This document shows positions 27,198-37,343 of a stretch of 64,000 bases of DNA, in pieces. Origin of the DNA: Octopus vulgaris. Its lineage: Eukaryota. The stretch spans positions 133,858,001 through 133,922,000 of the forward strand of contig OX597815.1 of NCBI GenBank assembly GCA_951406725.2, in the 5' to 3' direction. Made by a program: the position numbers and the translations under genes. The notes beneath the pieces are model-generated. The model saw nothing but the letters and a program-made list of their open reading frames with translations, was not told the DNA's origin and ran no database searches. How positions within the stretch are numbered: position 1 is the first letter of the stretch; the number at the start of each line of letters is the position of its first letter.

Positions 27198-27533
27198 TAA
27201 AGGGTAAATACCTCCTTTGGTCATGAATGACCATGGGATTGCACCTAGAAAGTTCCCCTCTGAGGCACAAGTCCTGGCAAGGTGGTTTGTGGAAGACCAG
27301 CAGTTGCCCATGTGTACCAGCCTCCCTTCTCCTCACCACCAATGTTATCCAAGAGAAAGGCAAAGGCCGATACAGCTTGGCACCAGTGACATTGCAACTC
27401 ATTTGTACAGCTGAGAGAACTGGAGCAACGTGAAATAAAGTGTCTTGCTTAAGAACACAACACACAACCTAGTCCAGGAATTGAACTTGCTATCTCATGA
27501 TTGTGATCCTGATGCTCTAACCATTGACCCATG
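27198..27533 (-). mobile_element. SINE family D variant
   Basis: tRNA-like head, TCTTAAGCAAGACACTTTATTTCACGTTGCTCCAG body, tail ending CATGGTCATTCATGACC...TTTACCCTTT. Confidence 0.85.
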
Positions 27534-28427
27534 TATATTGTGTGTGTCTGCATGCATTTGTGTGTGTTTGTCTGTATGAACATTTACATTCTTTTGCTTC
27601 ACGTTTATAGTATTGATCTAAAAACGGAGGCATTTGTTGGCAATCCTTGTCAGTAATATTATTCTCTAGCTCTGTACTTTCAAAGATAAGTGAAATAAAA
27701 AAAAAATCTCTTACATGAAAAACAGGACAGTGTTAACAACAGGAAGGGCATCCAGCTGTAAAACAGTGCATCAGTAATATGTATTTCTCTACCCCATGCT
27801 AGCATGGAAAAATGGCTGTTGAACAAATGAAAAAATGTGTGTGTGTGGTGTAAGGATGTAAAGAGGCTCAAAATATACAGGCTATGATAATGATAAAAAC
27901 ATTAGCGGATTAGATTTTAAATGTTTCTTTATTAGTGAAAAAGTAAAAGTAAAAAAAACAAAAAAAAAAAAAAAAACAAAGAAATAAAATAAGAAAAAGG
28001 AAATAAAAAAAAGAAAAGGGAAACAATAGAGAAAATAGTTTCTTGCTAAATAATTACATTTTCACTGCATCAATTAAGTTTATCTCTGTTGCTAGGTTGA
28101 ATTAGCTAATGCAGAGGAGCCCTACTGGAATTCCATTATAGTTTTAAATAGTCAAATAAATACTGTAATTGTTTTAATGTGAGTGTGTGTGTGTATGTGT
28201 ATGTCTGTGTGTATGTGTGTGTGTGCAATACTGATGGCATTCATGTTTGCTTTGATGACGTTAATGATGAAAATCAGGATGATAATGATCAATCTCATCA
28301 TCATCATTATCATCAGTTTGTGTACATCACTGACTGACAAAGAATTGGGTCTAACTTAATACAAGCCTTCAGAGATTACAAAAGGTACAACTGTGGATTT
28401 GGCTTCAGATGAGAACAGTGTTTGTGG

Positions 28428-28523
<96 letters not shown>

Positions 28524-30617
28524 TGTGATAAGAGATATATTTCCCCAAAGTTTCTTGAGGTTTATAGCATATTGATCTAAGGTTCATTTTGCATGCTTTA
28601 GCTACCACTGCTGTTGCTGCTGTTTCTTCTTTGCCTTCCTTTTCTCCATTTTCTTTGTCTTCTTCTTTGCCTTTTTCGTCTTTTTCATTTCCTTTGCCTA
28701 CTTTTTCTTTTTCTTTGCTTTCTTTCTTCTTTCCTCCTTCCTTCATCTCTTTCTTCTCCCCATCTTTCTTTGCCCCTTCTTTTCTCCCTCTTTCTTTCTT
28801 ACGCCTCCATCATCATCTCTCCCTCCTCTGGGAAGCCTTGAAAGGATTAGTGGAAACAGATTTGCAACATGGATCTGCTTTCTTTAATTCCAATAATGTC
28901 CTTACTCAAAGAAGGGGTCTCACTACAGATCTTTTACCCAATGCAGCATTTTCACTGTGGTTGACCCTGTATTCTCTTTGTTCTAATAATAATAATAATA
29001 ATGATGATGATGATGATAAGAATAATAATTGTTTCTAATCTCTGATGTCATATAATACAGTTTGTTTTAGTTCCAGTCTTTCAGTGTAATATCAATGGGA
29101 ATGCTTAAATCAAAACTTGGATTCATGTGCCATAAAAGGTTCACACAAATGTATAGACACAAACACACATGATCACTCAATACTCCCCCCCCCCCCCACA
29201 CACACACACACGTGTGCATGCACACACATGATCACACACACAACACATACACATCATGAGCACATATGAGCATGCACACAAGATGCACATGAACATATAC
29301 ATACAAATCACCTATGAACACCTACATCAACATACATATGCACAAGCACATATGGACACATACATAAACACACTCTCACAGAACCACACACACACACACA
29401 CAAGTAAACATGCATGCACGCACACAGGACATAAAATTGCATGTGAACACAAGCAACATGAATACATTGCATAAAACTACATGAATGGTCATACATACGA
29501 ACATAAACACAGACACACAAGCCCACATGGACATTTACACAAATGCATTTGCACACGCTTAACTATGCATGTTGGAAAATATCTGAATGAAATAGGGTCT
29601 TCCATACCAACCATGCCATCTCCAACACAAGAAATATGTCAACCATCTAGCACCAGGCATCAGTCACCAGCCATCAGCCACTCTCATCTCCAGCCATGAG
29701 TCATCAGTCACCCATCAATCGTTGACCACCTGTTATCATCCGTCACCAACAGCCAGTCAATAGACACCCCAATTACTAATCACCAGCCAATCACTCACCA
29801 TCAATCATTGACCACTTATCATTCATCATCCATCGTTATCATCAACCAGTCAATAGACAACCCAATAACCAACCACTTGCCATCACTCACCATCAATCAC
29901 CAACCATCTGCCATCAGTCATCATCAGTCACCATCCACCAATTATTGGCCACTGTTCATCACCAAACATGAACCATCAAGCACAAGCCATCAACCACCAT
30001 CAATCTCTAACCATGAGCCATCAGTCACCATCAGTAGACCAACCACCAGTCATCAACTACCAACCATCACCAACCTCTCACCATCCAGCAGTCACCAGTC
30101 ACTATATATCACCCAACACCATCCACTATCCATCCACCAACCACTAGCCTTTCTTTACAAATCTTCATATTCTTCTCGTTTTCATGTTTACTCTTTTATT
30201 CCATTTGTTCTTTTTGGTTTTTTCATTTGTTTTTTTCGTTTTATTTATCTAATCTTATCTATTCTGCATGGATTAGCAAACAGCATCTGTTAATCTATTA
30301 ATGTGAACACACCTGTTGAATATGCGCATATACCATGCACAGCATGAGATAGAAATTTGTGTGTGTGTGTGTGTGAGAGAGAGAGAGTGTGTGTGAGATT
30401 GTGTGTGTGTGTGAGAGAGAGAGTGTGTGTGTGTGTGTGTGTGTATGTATGCATGTCTGTGTGCATGCATGTGAATAAGTGTGTGTAAATATGTTTCTAT
30501 ATGTGCAAACATGTTGCTCTGTATGTGTGTGTGTATATATGTGTGTGTATATATATGTGTGTGTGTTATATATTTTGTATAGTAAAGTATGTTTATATGT
30601 TCAAAGCATACAGTCGT

Positions 30618-30776
30618 GCTGTGGAATTACTCTAGGGGTTATAACTCAGATTCTTGGCAAAATAACATTGGTAATGGAAAGAACAGTCCATGGCTCGTTA
30701 GCACCCTTTGGTCTTCCCGTTACTTATACAGGTTTGCTTAGAATTTAGGCTATGCCTGCAAGATTAATTCCACAAC
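30618..30776 (+). other. Ungapped 69-bp inverted repeat (long hairpin) in unique sequence
   Basis: Arms 30618-30686 and 30708-30776 give 45/69 Watson-Crick pairs plus 9 G-U on + (6 on -) with no gaps, by hand count. Strand is tentative. Confidence 0.75.
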
Positions 30777-30782
30777 AAGCTT

Positions 30783-30830
<48 letters not shown>

Positions 30831-31324
30831 TATGTTTATACGGTTCATATATGTAAATATACATTAGTGTACTGAAGTCATTAGTTTTCATGACCCAGAT
30901 GATGTAGAGGAGAATGTGTGTGTGTGTGTGCACACGTATCTCTGTGTGCGGATGTTCATATATGTCTGTATACACAGAGCTGTCTGGATGAGAGGAACAC
31001 TGTGATATCTCACTGCCTAGCATGTCAATTCTTGTGGAGACCTGTGATCATAGATATATTTAGTTCTAACCTACAGTTATTTGCTCTGGTAGGTCAAAGC
31101 AGAAATATAAAGTGTGTGTGTGTATCTTTTATCTTTTACTTCCTTTACTTGTTTCAGTCATTGGACCGTGGCTATGCTGGGGCACTGCTTTGAACTGTTT
31201 AGCTGAACAAATCTGCTCCAGTACATTTTTGTCTTTTTTGAGTCTATAGATATCTTTTGCCAAGCTGCTGCATTATAAGAACACAAACAAACCAACACCA
31301 GTTGCCAGGCAGAGGTAGGGACAT

Positions 31325-31361
<37 letters not shown>

Positions 31362-31783
31362 ACACACTTCTACATGGTTTCCATCAACCAAATTCATTCA
31401 CAAGGTATTGGTCAGCCTTGGGCTCTTGTAGCATCCAAGGTACTGTGCAGCATAACTGAACACAAGACCATATTGTTACAAAGTAAGCATCTTAACCATA
31501 CAGCAATGTGTGTGCCAAAATATAATGACAAAATACATGTATAATATCTGTATGTCTGTATTCCTTATAGAAGGGTTTTCCAAGCCATTCTAGCAAGGAA
31601 AAAGTGAATGTAAAAATGATCGCACATGCAGTCAGATATTCAAATAAATGCACGTGCATGCATTTGATAAAAGCCCTCACAGTCACATGTGAGCACATGA
31701 AGCCATACACACACACATCATTCATACATACATAAAACTATATACACATTTTTACTAGTAATGTCACTGACATATACCATTAA

Positions 31784-31824
<41 letters not shown>

Positions 31825-33282
31825 GCTTTTTTCTTTTCTTTTAATCATTCACCTCCTGCATCAGACACGACCCACATGCTGTTATGAACCAGGGAAAGCT
31901 TAACAATTACTATGTAAATGAACATAACCCAAATCCATCATTAGTTGCAGAACCAGCCATTACTTTTACATTCTGGTAAAAGTTAAACATCATAAAATGT
32001 TCTTTCAGGCTTCTAAAAAATATATGCATATATATATATATATACATAAAAAAAAATAATAATAATAATAATAATAATAAAAGAAAACAGAAAAATCAAT
32101 TCAGGATACAAGCAAGCTATATATTTCCATTAGTATTGTATGACATTTATTTTTATTTTTGCTGAAATCAAAATCGGATAAATAGGGGAAGCAGATGAAT
32201 GCAGTTAAAAATTCTCTACCAATACACACACACTCACACATATATATAAAAGTTTCAATAATAATATTAAATAAAAAGCATAAATTTGTCAATTTTTAAA
32301 TTTAATTTCTAATATAAAAAAATTCCTTTTTGGGGTTTTTTGTTTTTGTCTTTTGCATAGTAAATTTAACATAATTTGCATATATTTTAGATGTTAAACA
32401 GAACGTATTTAATTGAATTCTCAATAATTTGCTGGCTGAATGCTCTTAAAAGTGTTAATGACTGTACAACAAATAGCATAGGATGTTGTAGTATCAGAGT
32501 GATTGTCCCATAATTTTTTTGTTTTTTTTTTGTTTGTTTTTTTTTTTTTTAACTTCCTTCAATTTCCATTTTGTTTTGAAATAAAATTTCATTCAACCAG
32601 TGCTAGATGAGCTATAATTCCATCCATCTGTTCGTCCATCCGTTCATCCATCTATCCTTCCAGTGCTTACCCAGACAAAAACTATAAATAATTAATAATT
32701 ACTAAATATAAAAAGTTACTGATTTTCAATTCATTATAAAAATACTAATTTAATGCATGGAATTCAGTGAATGGATGCTATTTTAATGTTAGGCAGACAC
32801 AATTTCCTTTTCCCTTTCAAACTTGATGTTTATACTTATAATAATGCTATTAAACACACGTGCTGTAGATTTCGTTTCTCTTATACATTAAATATCTTGC
32901 AAGTAAAGGCATAACTCATTCTGCCTCTTTGCTCCATGCCATTACAGAGTGAGAAGTGTGGACATGTGCTTTATTGTGTGTGTATTTGTTAGATTGCATA
33001 TGTGTTCACTGCTAATGTTTGAACTCCTATAAAAGAGTGTGTAGTCATATGAAATAGAAATAATGAGTGTGTATGTATGTGAATACAACTGTATAATAAA
33101 GAAAAAACATTTATTCTGTGTGGCTTATAAGCTTGGTTCCCAACTATGTAGTCTTGGATTCAGTCTGACTGCATGGCATACTGGGCAAGTATCTTCTACT
33201 ATAGCCTCAGACTGACCAAATCCTTTTTATGAATGGTTTTGGTAGATGGAAACTGAAAGGAGCTTATTGTGTGTGTGTGTGC

Positions 33283-33332
<50 letters not shown>

Positions 33333-33335
<3 letters not shown>

Positions 33336-33810
33336 CATCATCATCGTTTAATGTCCGCTTTCCATGCTAGCATGGGTTGGACAATTTGACTGAGGTCTGG
33401 TGAACCAGATGGCTGCACCAGACTCTAATCTGATCTGGCAGAGTTTCTACAGCTGGATGCCCTTCTTAACGCCAACCACTCCGAGAGTGTAGTGGGTGCT
33501 TTTATGTGCCACTGGCAAGAGGGCCAGTCAGGCGCTACTGGCAACGGCCACACTCAAATGGTGCTTTTTATGTGCTACCTGCACAGGAGCCAGTTCAGCG
33601 GCACTGGCAATGACCTCGCTCGAATGTTTTTTCATGTGCCACCAGCACAAGTGCTAGTAAGGCGACCCAGGTAACGATCACACTTGAATGGTGTTTTTAA
33701 TGTGCCATTGGCATGGAGGCCAACTTGTTGCTCTGTCAACGATCTCACTCATATGGTACTCTTAGCGCTCCACTAGCACAGATGCCAGTCATTGAATTTG
33801 ATTTCGATTT
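33333..33810 (-). mobile_element. Retroposon family C with about five monomers, inside a family B SINE
   Basis: (CAT)n tail at 33333-33345; GTGC motif at ~65-bp period. Host head 33117-33270, host tail ~33900-34062. Confidence 0.85.
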
Positions 33811-34064
33811 CACATATATATGTATATATATATATATATATGTATATAGTGTGAACTGTGGGGTGTCATATGTGGGAATGGGGTGCACACACATTTGTGT
33901 GTATCCTTGCCTTGACATCATATGATGTTTGTAAATGAGTTTTACTGTCATACATGTGATGTTGTTCATTTCCAGTCTTCCATGAAAATGTCTGGTCATG
34001 GAGGAATATTACCTTACTTGTAAACAGATGAGGGTTGGTGACAAATTCTGTCTCATCTAACATG

Positions 34065-34285
34065 TATAAGGGGGTACTGAAAAGTTTCTGACTTCAAGGG
34101 TATTGTGAAAGGCCTGGTTGGAGGCCCAACCTTCTAAATTCTTTTAGAGGGCTTAGAAAAACTGAAGGACCACTGCAATATATGTGTGAATCTGAGAGGA
34201 GAATATGTTGAATAAAATCATGATTAAATGATCCTCCTATATTTTCTTTTACCCAAAACCAGAAACTTTTCAGTACCACCTTGTA
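34065..34285 (+). mobile_element. Internally deleted mariner element
   Basis: TA flanks; TIR AAGGGGGTACTGAAAAGTTTCTG / CAGAAACTTTTCAGTACCACCTT; 34144-34215 encodes LEGLEKLKDHCNICVNLRGEYVE*, matching the mariner transposase C-terminus. Confidence 0.92.
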
Positions 34286-34490
34286 GTTCTTCTTTATGCA
34301 TAAGCGTAAATATGTATATGCATGTATGCATGCAGGAGCAGTATGGCTTTGTGATAAGAAGTTTGTTTCCCAACCACATGGCCTTGGGTAAGTGTCTTCT
34401 ATAGCTCTGAGCTAACCACCCATCAAAACCTTGTGAGCGGATTTGGTAGATGGAAGCTGAAATGAAGCCTATCCTATATATATAGAGACA

Positions 34491-34905
34491 GGGGTTTCAG
34501 TTGTTAATTGGGAGAGGGAGGTACAAGACCAAAATGGATGGAGGAAAAGTGTGCACAGTGGTGGTTTGAAAGAGAGAGAATGAAGTATGAGAAGATCAAG
34601 AGAAGGCTTAGAAAGAATGAACCTGTGGAAAATGAAGGACTGTTGCTTCTTATGTGTGTGATTTGTGTGAGGAAATTCCTGAGTCATGCAGGCCTGGACA
34701 GCCATCAGCGAACTCACAGGAATCAACCCCTTGTATATTGTGATACAGGTATTGTTCACAACAGAACATGTGCAACCTGTTAAAAGGTGTGCCTTTCAGT
34801 TGAAAGATGAAAAGGTATGTCAAAAGATTTCATACTGTGGCACATGTTCCTTCTGCCAGTCAGCACAGCTGTGCATTATGCAATAGGATGTGCAAATCTT
34901 TCTAG
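34491..34905 (+). mobile_element. RTE-clade LINE ORF2 C-terminal remnant with C2H2 fingers
   Basis: NWEREVQDQNGWRKSVHSG / FERERMKYEKIKRRLRK / CVICVRKFLSHAGLDSHQRTH, then CATC*KVC and CALCNRMCKS, with frameshifts and stops. Confidence 0.85.
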
Positions 34906-35003
34906 CAATGACTTTGCTTGAACACAAGAAAGCAGTTACTACATATATATATTTATATATAAATGAAGTCCATCCTGTATATATATATATATATATATAT
35001 ATA

Positions 35004-35202
35004 CTAGAAACAGGAGCCAATGCACCACCAACTCAGTCCACCCATCCTCATTCCGTTTTCGGAAAATAAGTGCACTGTTATCTGTGGGATGATCAAATTA
35101 ATTGAAATGACACCAAAAAACCTGAAATATTATCAATTTTAATTAGTGTTTTCAGCAGTCAGTGTACAGACAAACAACTTTTGCTTTTTATAAGGATATA
35201 GA
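35004..35202 (-). mobile_element. Non-autonomous Helitron (199 bp)
   Basis: Minus strand reads A|TCTATATCCTTATAAAAAGC...GAGTTGGTG-GTG-CATTGGCTC-CTGTTT-CTAG|T: 5' TC, 3' CTAG, decayed subterminal hairpin, AT target. Confidence 0.75.
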
Positions 35203-37139
35203 TATATATATATATATAAATGAAGACCATCCTATATGTGTGTGTTACTGTCGCCCTGCCTTGACTTCACATGAGACATGTAACCAAATGTCGCCAGCAT
35301 TTGCATGCTGGCGACATTTCTAATCTTCTGTGAAAGCCTGTCTAGTCATTAGGAACATTACCTTACTTGGAAACTGGTCAGGGTTGGCAACAGGAAGGGC
35401 ATGTGGCTGTAAAAAAATTCACCTCAATCAATTCTAGCTTACCCATACAACATGGAAAAGTGGATGTTAAATATGCCTAGCATGGCCATAGTCCAATGAC
35501 TGAAACAAATAATTGAACCAATAACAGGACATGAAATATTAGTACAAGTTATCTTTTCTAATATAGACCCAAATCCTTAACAAATTTTGCAGAAGGGGAT
35601 AGACAATTAAATCAAGCTCAGTACTGGTACTTTATTTTGTCAACTCTGGAAGGATGAAAGACAAGATTGACCATAGCAGGATTATGAATCCCTTAGGTTT
35701 CCGTTTAAAATATCCCTTTCTCTATTGATTATCCTGATTAAACAGAACCAACATAAAGTAGTAGGGACTCCTTTTGTCTTGTAGGGTCCAAGGCATTGTT
35801 ACTAGTGCTGGTGCTAAAATAAAATGCATTCAGTATACTTTGTAAAGTGATTGGCAAATGAGTAAAGACAACATAATCAAAAGGACCTTTAATCTTGTTT
35901 TGATGAGGACAAGACAACCTCTCTTGTGCTGGAGCCATCATAAAATGCACCAAGTACACTGTGGTGTGCTTGGTGCTAGGGAGGACATAGCCACAGAAAT
36001 CATGTCAGAAATAAAAAAAATATAAGTAAGATGTTGTCTCCTGAACTGTCTAGGAAGGCTGTAATTCCAAATAAGAACTGACTTGGACATCACAACCACT
36101 CTAACCCATGCCAACATGGAAAGCAGATAAAAAATGACGATGGTGATGTTGTTGTTGATGATAGTAATGATGATGATAGTGATTGTGATGGCAATGGCTG
36201 CTGTAGTGGTGATGACAATACCTACACATGTCCACAGAATTTTTAAGCAGATGCGAGACATGTTGCCTCTCAGATTTGAACTATATTCTATGACAAATAA
36301 GTGCTACTCAAAAACCATGCAAGATTTAGAAGGTTAATTAACTTATCATAGTTTACTATTAGTTTTACAGATAATCATAATTATGCAGAACATGCTGTAA
36401 CAGTTTGTGAAGTTCTTGGAAATTTTCAGATCCCTCAGACTCAATGTAGCAAGGAGAAAATGATGAAAAAACTGAAAAAAGAAAATATTACAATCTAGTA
36501 TTGTCGATTTTTACATTTTGAGCTGTAATCAGATTTGCACTGGTTATAAACAATGTTAATATTCAGTATCATATTACCATAGTTAAAATTTCTAAATAAA
36601 GCATAAAATTGTTGCTATTATTTGCCTCTTATCTCATATTAAACTGACTCATAAGATTTTACAGCATTTAAGTATTTAAGAGGAAAATACTTGTAATTTA
36701 CACTGAATTTTTTTAGCATAGCTTCTTAGCTTTCAAGTTTACTGTTTTAAGATCCTAAAGCAAATAGCAGCATCAGCAGGTAAAGTTGGGATCTTGTTAT
36801 AAAGCAGCAGTAAAGAGTAAACACTTGTGATTACTAAGATATAAAAGGAAAGACTTCTGTTTAAAGTAAGCTTAATATAGAAGTTGAGTCACAAACAGCT
36901 TTTCTTCTTTAAAAGAAACCTCCCCCACAGACTTCCCCCTCCCCCAACACTTCTTGAAGAGGTAAACAAGGGAAGTAATTATATGATGTTATTGTCTATT
37001 ATTGGACTAATGTGAAAAATGTATTTTTAATCTAGATGTTAAAGGGAACACTAAAAATCAGCCTTACTGTTTACATATTCTCAAAACCAGAGAATATGTA
37101 AACACTTGCCTTTTGTTGGATACTAGGGCCTAAATCTAT

Positions 37140-37343
37140 GGTGGTTGTTTAGTTTTACCAACCAGACCCATAATCATGATCTTTAGCTGTGACTAACCAG
37201 TTCTCTTTCCAGGCATAGTGTATTTAGCACTACATTATTCAATGTATCCTTAATTTTTAATATAACAGGGTGTTATATGAGAGTGATATTGTTGGTATTT
37301 CTAGTAGGTTGAACTACCATATCCAGGCTCTCTCATTGGCTCA
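37140..37343 (+). mobile_element. Old interspersed family E (representative copy)
   Basis: AGACCYATRATCA...CTACATTAT.CAATGT...GCTATTTCTAG pattern recurs at ~7000, 7300, 8050, 8700, 16800, 18750-19420, 20300, 40900, 55100, 57100 and 60600. Confidence 0.7.

Noticed and set aside
31866-31978. Possible coding exon HDPHAVMNQGK...
   Set aside because: Weak donor and no recognisable protein.
33490-33790. CRISPR-like look of palindromic repeats with ~40-bp spacers
   Set aside because: Spacers are homologous to each other, the array is part of a dispersed eukaryotic retroposon, and there are no cas genes.
34508-34783. Host C2H2 zinc-finger gene exon
   Set aside because: Upstream RTE ORF2 motif, frameshifts, stops and location inside a SINE indicate a LINE remnant.
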